Shown in pieces: positions 41,533-57,861 of a stretch of DNA of 64,000 nt. The notes under the pieces were generated by a model. The model had not been told where the DNA came from, did not search any database, and saw nothing but the letters and a program-made list of their open reading frames with translations. The DNA is from Gammaproteobacteria bacterium (GTDB taxonomy: Bacteria > Pseudomonadota > Gammaproteobacteria > SZUA-140). The position numbers and the translations under genes are program-made. Within the stretch, counting starts at the first letter, position 1, and each line of letters starts with the position of its first letter. The stretch lies in the NCBI GenBank assembly GCA_015488555.1, contig WFNO01000066.1:1842-65841 (forward strand). The letters run 5' to 3'.

Positions 41533-43041
41533 ATGTCGCTGGCCACGTTCCTGTGCCGCGCCCAATGCGGCATTGAAGCACCGCAGGTCACCATCGAAGT
41601 CCACCTCGGCAGCGGCCTGCCGTCGCTGTCCATCGTCGGCCTGCCCGAGGCCGCGGTGCGCGAGAGCCGCGAGCGCGTGCGCGCGGCCTTGCTCAGCAGC
41701 CGCTATGAATTTCCCGCCCGGCGCATCACCATCAACCTGGCACCGGCCGATCTACCCAAACAGGGCGGTCGCTACGACCTGGCCATCGCGTTGGGCATCC
41801 TCGCGGCCTCCGGGCAATTGCGCCTGCGCCAGACCCAGGCCTACGAAGTGGCGGGCGAGCTGGGTCTCGACGGCGAGATCCGGCCCATCCGCGGGCTCCT
41901 GCCCCTGGCCCTACACTGCCGCCGCGCCGGCAGGACCTTGATCCTGCCGGCCGCAAACCGCGGCGAGGCAGCCCTCATCGAAGGACTCTCCTACCTGCCC
42001 GCGCGCCACCTCACCGAGGTGTGCGCCCACCTGAACGGCAGCCAGCCCCTGCCCCTGCAAACCGGCCACGCCCCGTCCGGCGACCGAGCATCCGTTCCGG
42101 ATCTGTGCGAGGTCCGCGGCCAGCATCACGCCAAACGGGCCTTGACCATCGCCGCCGCCGGCGGGCACAGCCTGCTCCTCATCGGCCCGCCGGGTACCGG
42201 CAAGACCATGCTGGCCACCCGCCTGCCCGGCATCCTGCCACCCATGAGCGAGGAAGAGGCCATGGAGAGCGCCGCCCTCGCCTCCGTCAGCCGCCAGGGA
42301 TTCCGGCCCGAGCACTGGCGCCGGCGCCCTTTCCGCAGTCCCCATCACACCGCTTCGGCGGTGGCGCTGGTGGGCGGCGGCAATCCACCCGCCCCGGGTG
42401 AGATCTCTCTGGCCCATCACGGCGTATTGTTCCTGGACGAACTGCCGGAATTCGACCGCCGAGTGCTGGAAGTACTGCGTGAACCCCTGGAGTCCGGCAC
42501 CATCACCATCTCCCGCGCCCATCATCAGGCCGAGTTTCCCGCCCGCTTCCAGCTCGTCGCCGCCATGAACCCCTGTCCCTGCGGCCACCTGGGCGATCCC
42601 ACGGGACAGTGCCGCTGCACCGCGGAACAGATCCAGCGCTACCGGACGCGCCTCTCCGGGCCGCTGCTGGACCGCATCGACATGCACGTGGAAGTGCCGC
42701 CGCTACCACCCGAGCAATGGCGCTCGCCGCAGCAGGAGTCGGCCACCAGCGAAACGGTGCGCCGGCAGGTGACGGCCGCCCGCGCCCGCCAACTGGCGCG
42801 CAGCGGCAAGACCAACCACCGGCTCGGTGCAGCGGAAGTGGAACGACATTGCGCACTGCAGGCACAACAGGCCCGGTTGTTGGAGACCGCCTGCCGCCGA
42901 CTGGGGCTCTCGGCGCGAGCCTACCACCGCATTCTCAAGGTGGCCCGCACCATCGCCGACCTCGCCGGCGCCGAGCACATCGAGACCGACCATCTGCAGG
43001 AGGCCATCTCCTACCGGCGCCTGGACCGGCGCTTGTCCTGA
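41533..43041 (+). CDS. yifB: YifB/ComM-family Mg-chelatase-like AAA+ ATPase
   Basis: 502 aa with an N-terminal Lon-like domain, the AAA+ core GPPGTGKTMLA and a C-terminal Mg_chelatase_C domain. Confidence 0.9.
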   Translation: MSLATFLCRAQCGIEAPQVTIEVHLGSGLPSLSIVGLPEAAVRESRERVRAALLSSRYEFPARRITINLAPADLPKQGGRYDLAIALGILAASGQLRLRQTQAYEVAGELGLDGEIRPIRGLLPLALHCRRAGRTLILPAANRGEAALIEGLSYLPARHLTEVCAHLNGSQPLPLQTGHAPSGDRASVPDLCEVRGQHHAKRALTIAAAGGHSLLLIGPPGTGKTMLATRLPGILPPMSEEEAMESAALASVSRQGFRPEHWRRRPFRSPHHTASAVALVGGGNPPAPGEISLAHHGVLFLDELPEFDRRVLEVLREPLESGTITISRAHHQAEFPARFQLVAAMNPCPCGHLGDPTGQCRCTAEQIQRYRTRLSGPLLDRIDMHVEVPPLPPEQWRSPQQESATSETVRRQVTAARARQLARSGKTNHRLGAAEVERHCALQAQQARLLETACRRLGLSARAYHRILKVARTIADLAGAEHIETDHLQEAISYRRLDRRLS

Positions 43042-43885
43042 TCCGGATGCCGGGAACCTGCTCTCTGTCATAGAGTAGGGAAAATGCCGTGCCCGCGTAT
43101 CAAATCAGCTCGTTGGAGAGGCGTTTGGCCTCAGGCAAAGCATGGACTGACTTCCTGAACTGTCCGAATCAGGATCTCCCGGTCCTCGCGAGACAGGGCG
43201 TGCAGGTCTCCGCCTTCGTGATACGCCAGGGCCTGAGGCAGTGCCATAATCGACGTTGCTCCAGGGTCAAGATCTCCAGAGGGGCTGAAAGTAGCGGCTC
43301 ATGCCCCGCGCCTTTGAGGCAATGGCGGCATTTCTCCGGGAGCAGCCAACCCCAGGCGATAATGCCAGTAGGCCCAGGAACGGGCGGAGAGCTGTCCCGC
43401 TTCGGCATGGCGTAGCACGGCCGCGAGGCGCTCCTCTCCCAGGATCTCCATCATGCGCTGGACATCCTCGAATCACCGAGTTCCATGACCTGAGCCACGA
43501 TCCGGTCAGGCGGTTGCAAAGCCTGCTCCGGAGTCCTCCACCAGACATACCTGGCAGCGAGGCGGTGCAGTTCCCGTCTCTGGCGGGGCGTCAACTCAGG
43601 AAACGTCGTAAAACCATTTCCGCCTCTTCAAAATCGCGCGTGGTCGTGGTGGGGATTGTGAGATGGCTTCTGGCAAAGCGCAAGAGAAGCCGGGTCAGGC
43701 GGGAAAGTGAGGCGTGATGGTACATGCCCTCGTGCGATGTCCATTCTGCGGCCGGATGACAAATGGCAGGCCTCGAACGACCGGGAAACGTCCCCTCCGG
43801 AGCGGGGAGGAGAGGGACCGGAAGGCAGGTCTGGGAGACGTGTACTTCCGAGATGCGCAACACTACCGCCGGTCGTCTCAGGAAA
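43042..43885 (-). pseudogene. About 840 bp with no intact gene, holding frameshifted remnants of two or three small minus-strand genes that are possibly toxin-antitoxin-like
   Basis: Peptide segments ...RDFEEAEMVLRRFLS*, (TTG overlapping the stop) TPRQRRELHRLAARYVWWRTPEQAL...MELGD, ...QRMMEILGEERLAAVLRHAEAGQLSARSWAYWHYRLGL and ...ALSREDREILIRTVQE...AKRLSNELI continue into one another only across frame changes. Confidence 0.35.
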
Positions 43886-44776
43886 CTACACCGGAAAGCC
43901 GCGCTGGCGCAGGTGTTCCTTGGCCTCCAGGGCGGTGAGCGCCATGTCCAGTTCCTTTTCCCAGGGATAGGGTTCGGCAGGGGGCAGCTCGGCGCCCACG
44001 TCGATGTCGTGGTAGGGCTCGTCGGCGTAGATCTTGACGTGGCGGGTCTCCTCGATGTTGGGGGTGAGGTCGGGCCAGATCTCGTGAAAGAGGTCCTTGG
44101 GACGGGTGATGGACCAGGCGGCCACCAGGCGGTAGTGCTCGGGCAGGTCGCGGAAGGCGGCCATGGTGCCGGTCTGGGGCCGGCCGCTGGATTCGTCGAT
44201 GTGATCGGTGTGCACGAAGACGATGAGCTTGGGCCGGTACTGGACGATGTCGGGGGTGCGGTTGAGCCCGGCCGGCATCCAGGCGGAGAAGGCCACGTCG
44301 AAGGCGAAGTCCACGTTGCGGTAATCCGCGGCGCTGCGGGTGAACACCGCCTCGTCGTAGAAGTCCGGGATCTGGTTGGGCTTGTCGGCGGGGTCGTGGA
44401 TGCCGATCACCGAGACGCCCTCGCGCCCCAGCAGGCTGCCGAGAAAGCCGTTGCGGCTGTGGAAATCGCACACCACGGGCCGTTCCGCCACCTGGCGCGC
44501 GCAGTGGGCGATCTGGCGCATCTCTTCGCGCAGGGGATAGAAGGGCGCGATGGTGTGGGCATGGGTGGCCGGGTCGCGGTCGGGATTGCTGAACACCAGG
44601 GCGTGCAAGGGCAGCTCTCGGATGCGCTCGTCGAAGGGCTTGCTGGGGTCCCAGGCGGGGTGGAGGCGTTCCTGAAAGGCGATGATGCGGTTGAACATGG
44701 CATCGCTGAAGGCCTCCATGTCCCGCAGTTTCTCGAACTGGGGCGGAACCTTGCGTGATGAAGTGTGATCGTTCAT
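43886..44776 (-). CDS. Hypothetical protein, possibly a Rossmann-fold methyltransferase-like protein. It is co-oriented downstream of hemE.
   Basis: 296-aa ORF. A VVCDFHSRNGFLG...VIGIHDP segment resembles SAM-MTase motif I and the acidic loop. Confidence 0.5.
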   Translation of the reverse strand: MNDHTSSRKVPPQFEKLRDMEAFSDAMFNRIIAFQERLHPAWDPSKPFDERIRELPLHALVFSNPDRDPATHAHTIAPFYPLREEMRQIAHCARQVAERPVVCDFHSRNGFLGSLLGREGVSVIGIHDPADKPNQIPDFYDEAVFTRSAADYRNVDFAFDVAFSAWMPAGLNRTPDIVQYRPKLIVFVHTDHIDESSGRPQTGTMAAFRDLPEHYRLVAAWSITRPKDLFHEIWPDLTPNIEETRHVKIYADEPYHDIDVGAELPPAEPYPWEKELDMALTALEAKEHLRQRGFPV

Positions 44777-44821
44777 GGTGCCGGTCCTTCCTTCGGCTCG
44801 TCGGGCCCGACCCGGCGGGGG

Positions 44822-45885
44822 TCAGTCCCGGTGAAAGGGAATGCTGAGTTCGTGCACGGCGTCGATGAACACGGCCACCCGTTCCGGGTCCACGTGCGGG
44901 TGGATGCCGTGACCCAGGTTGAAGACGTGGCCGGGACCGGGGCCGTAGCTCTCCAGCACGGCCTGCACTTCGGCGCGAATGCGCTCGGGCGAGGCATAGA
45001 GCACGCAGGGGTCCATGTTGCCCTGCAGGGCCACGCGCCCGCCCACCCGGCGCCGTGCCTCGGCCAGCTCCAGGGTCCAGTCCACGCCCAGGGCGTCGCA
45101 GCCGCTGCCGGCCATCATCTCCAGCCAGCCTCCTCCGCCCTTGGTGAACAGGATCACCGGCACCCGGCGGCCTTCGTGTTCGCGGATCAAGCCCTCGACG
45201 ATGCGCGTCATGGCACGCAGGGAGAAGTCGCGGTAGTCGCGGGTGGTGAGCACCCCGCCCCAAGTGTCGAACACCATCACCGCCTGGGCGCCGGCGCGGA
45301 TCTGGGCGTTGAGGTAATCGGTCACCGCCTGCGCCAGGGTGTCCAGCAGGCGGTGCATGAGCCGGGGCTGGTCGAAGAGCAGGCCCTTGACCTTGGCGTA
45401 TTCCTTGCTCGCGCCGCCCTCCACCATGTAGGTGGCCAGGGTCCAAGGGCTGCCGGAAAAACCGATCAAGGGCACCTGGCCGTCCAGCTCGCGGCGGATG
45501 AGGCGCACGGCATCCATCACGTAACGCAAATCGGTCTCGGGATCGGGCACCCCCAGGGCCTCGATGGCCGCGGCATCCTGCACCGGGCGCTCGAAACGCG
45601 GCCCCTCACCGGGGCTGAAATAGAGTCCCAGTCCCATGGCATGGGGAATGGTGAGGATGTCCGAGAACAGAATGGCGGCATCCAGGGGGAAGCGGCGCAA
45701 GGGCTGCAGGGTCACCTCGCAGGCCAGCTCCGGGTTGGTGCACAACCCCATGAAGCTGCCGGCCCGCTCGCGGGTGGCGCGGTATTCCGGCAGGTAGCGC
45801 CCGGCCTGGCGCATCATCCATACCGGGGTGCAGTCCACGGGCTGGCGCAGCAGGGCGCGCAACAAGCGATCGTTCTTCAGCTCGC

Positions 45886-45889
<4 letters not shown>
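44822..45889 (-). CDS. hemE: Uroporphyrinogen decarboxylase
   Basis: Internal [22 protein letters not shown]..., overlapping the gltD stop. Confidence 0.95.
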
Positions 45890-52015
<6,126 letters not shown>

Positions 52016-52152
52016 GTTTTTCGTCAACGACTCACCTGAACGTGTTCCGGCCCTGAAAACGCACGCGAGCGTCCTCCGTGCCGGGATTTTTTGCTCGTCT
52101 ATTCAAACGGTTGGGCCCCTCCTCGGAGGGAAACGGCGGCGCAAGGGGTGAG

Positions 52153-52181
52153 ATTATACTTGTCTGGCCCCGACCCATCAA
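52153..52181 (-). promoter_or_regulatory. Candidate sigma70 promoter for gltBD
   Basis: Minus strand reads TTGATG-N17-TATAAT about 130 nt upstream of the gltB ATG. Confidence 0.45.
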
Positions 52182-52243
52182 TAAAATCCGGCCGGCCGGC
52201 TTCCGCAAAGACCGCTAAGATACTGAGTAAAAAGGGCTTCCCT

Positions 52244-54445
52244 TCAACGGTGGATGTCGTGGAAGGTACGGATGGCCGCCTGCACCGCACGCACGGAGCG
52301 TATCCAGGGCTGGATGCCGGCGATGCGCTGTTGGATCTCGGCCGCCGCCTGTCGGGCCGACTCCCGGCTGGGATAATCGCCATAGAGCACGGCCACCAGT
52401 TCCCGGTCGTCGCGCAAGGTCCGGTACAGCATCACCTCCTCGAGGATCCCCCAGCGCGCCAGACGCCGGGCTGCGGCGGAGAGGTCCATGGCCATGAGCT
52501 GCAACACGTAGCGTTCGGGCGGGCGCTGCAGAATGCGTTTTTCGTCCGCGTGCACGCGCGCGGCATCCAGGCCCTGGCCGCCCGTCCCGGAAGGAGCGGG
52601 ACTCGGTGAGGATGCCGCCTGACCGCCCGCGGCCAGCACCGCCTGCACGGATCGGAATGAACGCACCCAAGGGCGTATCCCCGGCAGGCGTTCCCGCAAC
52701 GCTTCGGCGGCCGCCTGCGCGGTACGGCGGTCGGGATAGTCTCCGTAAACCACGGCCAGCAGAGGCCTGCGAGCATTCGGCCGGTCCCCAATCTGGCCTC
52801 TGGCTAGGAAAGTGGCCACTTCCCCTTCCAGTCCCTGGCGACGCACATAGGCCAGGGCCCTGTCCGGGCGCATGGCCAGAAGCTGCAGCGTGAAACGTGT
52901 GGGATCGCGGCTGCGCAGCCAGTCCTGCCGCAGCAGGTCTTCGCTGCCGGCGGGCGTACCCCCGGGCTCGCCCTGTGCCGCCGAACCGGTAGATGCCTGT
53001 GCAGATTCTGGTGCAGATTCTGGTGCAGATTCTGGTGCAGATTCTGGCGCAACGGATTCCGGTGTGGCTGTCGGCGACGCGGGTGAGCCTGCCGTGGTCT
53101 TTGCTTGACCATCCGCTTGGGCCCCGTCCGAGGCTGCGGTCTCTACGGCCGGTGCTGCGGTGGGGGGCGTCGTTCCTGCTTCCGTTTCCCGTTCTGGTTC
53201 AAGTCCTTTTTGTTCTTGTGCAGAGGGCAGTGCGTCCTGCCGGTCGATCTCCTGCGTTTTTTCGTCGGATTGAATACCGGAGGAGGGCTCGACCGCAGAG
53301 GTGGATACTGAGGCAGGGGGCTCCTGCGGGGCTGCAGGAGTGCCATCTGCGGAAGGGGATTCGACGCGGGCGGCCGCCACCGGCGGAGGAGTTGGCAACT
53401 CCAGCGCGGGCAGTGTGCGTTTCCCGGCGCCTTCATCACCGGCCGGCGCAGCTACCGTCCGGCCGGTGGGAACGACCGGTCCTTCCAGCCAGCGATTGAT
53501 GGCCTCCTGGAACCACAGCACTCCTCCCAGCACCCCGGCGACCGCGCCCCAGAGCAGCACTCGCAGGCCCCGCTTGCTGCGCCCGCCAGTGCCCCCTGCC
53601 TTGGCCGTGTCCTGTCCCTCGCGTCCGCCTTCCGGGCAGCTGGCAGCGCCCGAGGGCCCTGCATTCGCCTGCAACTCCGCCGGCAGATGGGCCCGGGCGG
53701 CGGCGTTGATGCGCCCCGGCAAACCCGCCGATTCCTCGTGAATGCGCGCCAGCAAGGCCGGTGGAAAGAGATCCTCGTCCAGGCCCGCGATGCGCAGATG
53801 ATGCTGGATGTAGCGCATCGTCTCCTGTTCGTCGAAGGGCGGCAATTCGAAAGAGTGACTGACATGCGCGCGCAGGCCGGCGAGGGCCTCGTCCCGCAGT
53901 TTGTTCTCCAGTTCCGGCTCACCCACCAGGATGATGCACAGCGGGCGATCCTCGGGCGTAGACTTCTCCACCAGTCGGGCTAGCAACCGCAGTACGGGCA
54001 CGGGCAGATCCTGGGCATCGTCGACGATGAGCACTGGCACCAAGGCGCTGTTGCGCAGGGTGCGCAGCATCTTGTACAGCTGCGCCAGAGCGGCATCCTC
54101 ATCCTTGGCCGCGTCGAACAAGAAGACTTCCGCCATCTGCTCCAGCAGGCGCCGGGACGTAAACACCTCCCGCGCCGCCACGACACAGACGCGCCAGGAG
54201 GGACTGGCACGGTGGATGAATTGCTGGATCAGGCTGCTCTTTCCGCTGCCACGCGCACCGGTGAGCAGCAGCACGTCGCTGTAGGGTGCGAGATGCAGCA
54301 GGAAATGCAGGCTCTTGGCGCGCTGTGTCTCGCTGTAATAGAACTCCTCGTCGAGCGTGTCGGCGAAGGGCCCGCGCCGGACTGCTTCTCGCTCGCCGGC
54401 GCCGGCATCTTCTCCCGACAGCACCGTGATCTGGGGCACGCTCAC
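52244..54445 (-). CDS. DamX-like protein: N-terminal ExeA-like AAA ATPase domain, a long low-complexity linker, and two C-terminal SPOR domains
   Basis: Probable GTG start after GAGGAG (MSVPQITVLSG...). AAA core LLTGARGSGKS. Two SPOR-like modules with the pattern ...VLQLMA...LYGDYPS.... Confidence 0.75.
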   Translation of the reverse strand: MSVPQITVLSGEDAGAGEREAVRRGPFADTLDEEFYYSETQRAKSLHFLLHLAPYSDVLLLTGARGSGKSSLIQQFIHRASPSWRVCVVAAREVFTSRRLLEQMAEVFLFDAAKDEDAALAQLYKMLRTLRNSALVPVLIVDDAQDLPVPVLRLLARLVEKSTPEDRPLCIILVGEPELENKLRDEALAGLRAHVSHSFELPPFDEQETMRYIQHHLRIAGLDEDLFPPALLARIHEESAGLPGRINAAARAHLPAELQANAGPSGAASCPEGGREGQDTAKAGGTGGRSKRGLRVLLWGAVAGVLGGVLWFQEAINRWLEGPVVPTGRTVAAPAGDEGAGKRTLPALELPTPPPVAAARVESPSADGTPAAPQEPPASVSTSAVEPSSGIQSDEKTQEIDRQDALPSAQEQKGLEPERETEAGTTPPTAAPAVETAASDGAQADGQAKTTAGSPASPTATPESVAPESAPESAPESAPESAQASTGSAAQGEPGGTPAGSEDLLRQDWLRSRDPTRFTLQLLAMRPDRALAYVRRQGLEGEVATFLARGQIGDRPNARRPLLAVVYGDYPDRRTAQAAAEALRERLPGIRPWVRSFRSVQAVLAAGGQAASSPSPAPSGTGGQGLDAARVHADEKRILQRPPERYVLQLMAMDLSAAARRLARWGILEEVMLYRTLRDDRELVAVLYGDYPSRESARQAAAEIQQRIAGIQPWIRSVRAVQAAIRTFHDIHR
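52999..53051. repeat. 12-bp tandem repeat (gcagattctggt, about 4.5 copies) encoding (SAPE)n in the DamX-like linker
   Basis: Seen directly. Approximate coordinates. Confidence 0.8.
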
Positions 54446-54470
54446 GACCCGCTCCTCGTGCAGATCCGCT

Positions 54471-54722
54471 TCATGTGAGAGGCTCCCCCTGGGTGAAGAC
54501 CACGCGGTAACCGCGGCGCAACTGGGCATCACGCGCCCGCATCAGCGCCGCCTGGGCCGCCTCCAGGGTGTCGTGGTGTTCGCGCCGCATCCGGCCGGCA
54601 TGCCCTTGATAACCCCATTCACGCACCAGGGACCAGCCACCCAGCAGATCGCGCTGCAGGATCAGGTGGTAGAAACGCGGAGGTCTATCGTCCTGGGGCG
54701 TGATTTGCATATAGATCTGCAT
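54471..54722 (-). CDS. Small WGR-domain protein
   Basis: 83 aa, ...WSLVREWGYQGHAGRMRREHHDTLEAAQAALMRARDAQLRRGYRVV, which fits the WGR W..WGRIG...GY pattern. It sits between the dGTPase-like and DamX-like genes. Confidence 0.5.
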   Translation of the reverse strand: MQIYMQITPQDDRPPRFYHLILQRDLLGGWSLVREWGYQGHAGRMRREHHDTLEAAQAALMRARDAQLRRGYRVVFTQGEPLT

Positions 54723-54771
54723 GCCTGCGGCTTGCCAGCATCCCTTCTGCGGCCACCGGGAAGGGCCGGCG

Positions 54772-55950
54772 TCAGGTGACCTGGGAAGGATCGAACAACC
54801 GCTCGTATTCGCCGATGGCGAACCGGTCGGTCATGCCCGCCACGTAGTCTGCCACTACTCGGGCCCGCCCTGCAATACCGCTGCGCGCCTCCTGGGCCCG
54901 CGCCTTGTCCTGGTATTCCGGCGGCAGCAGGAGCGGCTCGTCCAGGAAGGCCTCGAACAGCGCGCTGACGATGCGCTCGGCCTTGGCGCTCATGCGCTGT
55001 ACCCGGTAGTGGCGGTACAGGGCCCGGCGCAGAAAGCGCTTCAATTCCCGGTTCATGGCGTCCATCTCCTCACTGAAGCCGATCAGGGGCGCGGGCGCGG
55101 CCCGTACTGCCTCGATGTCGCGCGGCGCCGCCTCCTCCAGGCGTCGGCGGCTGGTCTCCACGAGATCGGTGACCTGGCGGTTGATCATGCGCCGCACCAC
55201 CTCGTGGATGACCCGCCGGTGGTTCAAGCGGGGATAGGCCTGGCACACGGCCTCGTACTGTTCCCGGAACAGTTCGATCTCGCGCAATTGATCGATATGG
55301 ACGAGACCGGCGCGCAGGCCGTCGTCCACGTCGTGGTTGTTGTAGGCGATCTCGTCCGCCAGATTGGCGAGCTGGGCCTCCAGGCTGGGCTGGCGGCCCT
55401 GCAGGAAGCGCGCCCCCAGCTCTCCCAGCTCCGCGGCCGTGCGCGGCGAACAGTGTTTGAGAATGCCCTCGCGGGTCTCGTAGGTCAGGTTCAAGCCGCT
55501 GAACTCCGCGTAGCGTTCCTCCAGCTCGTCCACCACGCGCAGGGACTGGAGATTGTGCTCGAAACCGCCGTAGTCGCGCATGCAACGGTTCAAGGCGTCC
55601 TGGCCCGCATGGCCGAAAGGGGTGTGGCCCAGGTCGTGTGCCAGGGCGATGGATTCGGTGAGATCCTCGTTCAATCCCAGCACGCGGGCGATGGAACGGC
55701 CGATCTGGGCCACCTCCAGGGAATGGGTCAGGCGCGTGCGGTACATGTCCCCCTCGTGATTGACGAACACCTGAGTCTTGTATTCCAGGCGCCGGAAGGC
55801 GGCGGAATGGACGATGCGGTCGCGGTCGCGCTGGTATTCGGTGCGATAGGCCGGCGGAGGTTCGGGGTGGCGGCGGCCGCGGGAGTTGGCCGCGCTGGCG
55901 GCATAGGGGGCGAGGCGGGGAGCGAAGGGAGACTCGGCCTGCCGGGACAT
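54772..55950 (-). CDS. dGTPase-family (Dgt-like) HD-domain dNTP triphosphohydrolase
   Basis: 392 aa with HD motifs ([17 protein letters not shown]). Confidence 0.85.
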   Translation of the reverse strand: MSRQAESPFAPRLAPYAASAANSRGRRHPEPPPAYRTEYQRDRDRIVHSAAFRRLEYKTQVFVNHEGDMYRTRLTHSLEVAQIGRSIARVLGLNEDLTESIALAHDLGHTPFGHAGQDALNRCMRDYGGFEHNLQSLRVVDELEERYAEFSGLNLTYETREGILKHCSPRTAAELGELGARFLQGRQPSLEAQLANLADEIAYNNHDVDDGLRAGLVHIDQLREIELFREQYEAVCQAYPRLNHRRVIHEVVRRMINRQVTDLVETSRRRLEEAAPRDIEAVRAAPAPLIGFSEEMDAMNRELKRFLRRALYRHYRVQRMSAKAERIVSALFEAFLDEPLLLPPEYQDKARAQEARSGIAGRARVVADYVAGMTDRFAIGEYERLFDPSQVT

Positions 55951-56003
55951 GGCCTATGCCACCGCCCCCCTGCGGCAGCCGCAGCGCGCCATCTCCAGGG
56001 CGC

Positions 56004-57095
56004 TCATTGCCGGCCTCCTGCGAGGCAGGCGGCGATGCTCTCGCGCAGCAGGTCGGCGCCGAAATCCGCGGTGAGTACCGCCTCCCCGATGCGCCGCAAT
56101 AGCACCAGACGCAAGCGGCCGGCGCGCACCTTCTTGTCCACCGCTATGAGTTCCAGGAAGCGCTGAGGGGGCAGCGCGGCCGGGGGGCGCACAGGCAGGC
56201 CGGCCCGTTCGACGAGGGCCACGATACGGTGCTGCTCGGTCTCGCTCAACCAGCCCAGACGCCGGGACAGCTCGGCGGCCATGCACAGACCGGCGGCCAC
56301 CGCCTCGCCATGCAACCAAGTACCGTAACCCAGGCCGGTTTCGATGGCATGGCCGAAGGTGTGCCCCAGATTGAGCAGGGCACGCTGGCCGCGCTCGCGT
56401 TCGTCCGCGGCGACGATCTCGGCCTTGTTGCGGCAGGAACGCTCGATGGCCTGCGCCAGCACCTCCCGATCGCGCGCCAGCAGCGCCGCCATGTGTTCCT
56501 CCAGCCAGGCGAAAAAAGGGGCGTCGCGCAGGAGGCCGTATTTGATCACCTCGGCCACACCGGCCCGCAGCTGGCGGTCGTCCAGGGTATCCAGGGTCTC
56601 GGTGTCGATGATCACGCAGCGCGGCTGGTGAAAGGCGCCGATCATGTTCTTGCCCAAGGGGTGATTGACACCGGTCTTGCCGCCCACCGAGGAATCCACC
56701 TGGGCCAGCAGGGTGGTGGGAACCTGGATGAAGGGCACCCCGCGCTGGTAGCAGGCGGCGGCGAAACCGGCCATGTCCCCCACCACGCCGCCGCCCAGGG
56801 CGACGAGCGTGGCGTCGCGGGCGAAACGCCCGGCGAGCAGGGCATCGAAGATGCGGTTCACGTATTCCAGGGTCTTGTATTGCTCGCCATCGGGCAACAC
56901 CACCTGGTCCCACTCATAGGCCTCCAGGAAGGGTCGCAGGCGGTCCAGATAGAGCGGGGCCACGGTCTCGTTGCTCACCACCATCACCTGCCGGCCCTCG
57001 AGGTGAGGCGCCAGCAGTTCCCCCCGCGCCAGCAGGCCGGCACCGATGTGGATGGGATAACTGCGCGCGCCCAGCGCTACGGTCAATGTCTTCAT
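56004..57095 (-). CDS. aroB: 3-dehydroquinate synthase
   Basis: 363 aa, full-length AroB. Confidence 0.95.
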   Translation of the reverse strand: MKTLTVALGARSYPIHIGAGLLARGELLAPHLEGRQVMVVSNETVAPLYLDRLRPFLEAYEWDQVVLPDGEQYKTLEYVNRIFDALLAGRFARDATLVALGGGVVGDMAGFAAACYQRGVPFIQVPTTLLAQVDSSVGGKTGVNHPLGKNMIGAFHQPRCVIIDTETLDTLDDRQLRAGVAEVIKYGLLRDAPFFAWLEEHMAALLARDREVLAQAIERSCRNKAEIVAADERERGQRALLNLGHTFGHAIETGLGYGTWLHGEAVAAGLCMAAELSRRLGWLSETEQHRIVALVERAGLPVRPPAALPPQRFLELIAVDKKVRAGRLRLVLLRRIGEAVLTADFGADLLRESIAACLAGGRQ

Positions 57096-57127
57096 CGGCG
57101 GTTCTTGCGGGAAGCGGGACCGGCCTC

Positions 57128-57658
57128 TCAGGAAGGATCGGACAGCAGCCGGAGCTGTTTCAGGATCGCGTTCACGGTGCTGCGCACGGAACGATTATCG
57201 GTGTCCACGACGATATTTGCAATCTCGCGGTAGAGGGGATCGCGCTGGACGAACAGCTCCTGCAGGCGGGCGCGGGGATCCTCGGTCTGCAACAACGGGC
57301 GGTTGCGATCGCGGGCGGTACGTTGCAACTGCTGCTCCACCGAGGTGCGCAAATAGACCACGACGCCTCGGTCGGCCAGATGGCGCCGGTTCTCCTCCGC
57401 CAGCACGGCACCGCCGCCGGTGGCCAGCACGATCCCCTTGCGCCGGGTCAATTCGTCGATCACCTGGCATTCCCGGCGGCGAAACCCCGCTTCCCCTTCG
57501 AGGTCGAAGATCCAGGGAATGTCGGCCCCGGTGCGGGTCTCGATCTCGTGGTCGCTGTCGAGGAAGGTCTTGTCCAGGGCCTTGGCCAACTGGCGGCCGA
57601 TGGTGGTCTTGCCCGCGCCCATGGGTCCCACCAGGAAGATGTTGAGGTCCGGATCCAT
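57128..57658 (-). CDS. aroK: Shikimate kinase
   Basis: 176 aa beginning [22 protein letters not shown]. Confidence 0.95.
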   Translation of the reverse strand: MDPDLNIFLVGPMGAGKTTIGRQLAKALDKTFLDSDHEIETRTGADIPWIFDLEGEAGFRRRECQVIDELTRRKGIVLATGGGAVLAEENRRHLADRGVVVYLRTSVEQQLQRTARDRNRPLLQTEDPRARLQELFVQRDPLYREIANIVVDTDNRSVRSTVNAILKQLRLLSDPS

Positions 57659-57861
57659 GGCCCAGAGATATGCCAGAGGGCCGGCGGGAAATCAACGGGG
57701 GTGGAACGAAAGCCCCGTTTCACCCGCCGCCCCTCAGGAGTATTCAGGCAGGGGCTTCAGACGCGCAACGGCAAACCAGGCATCGCACGCGAAGGCATGC
57801 GTGATTCCTTGCCCGCATTTTGCACATCCCGGCATCCGGAATCCGCCGGGATGAAGCGCCG

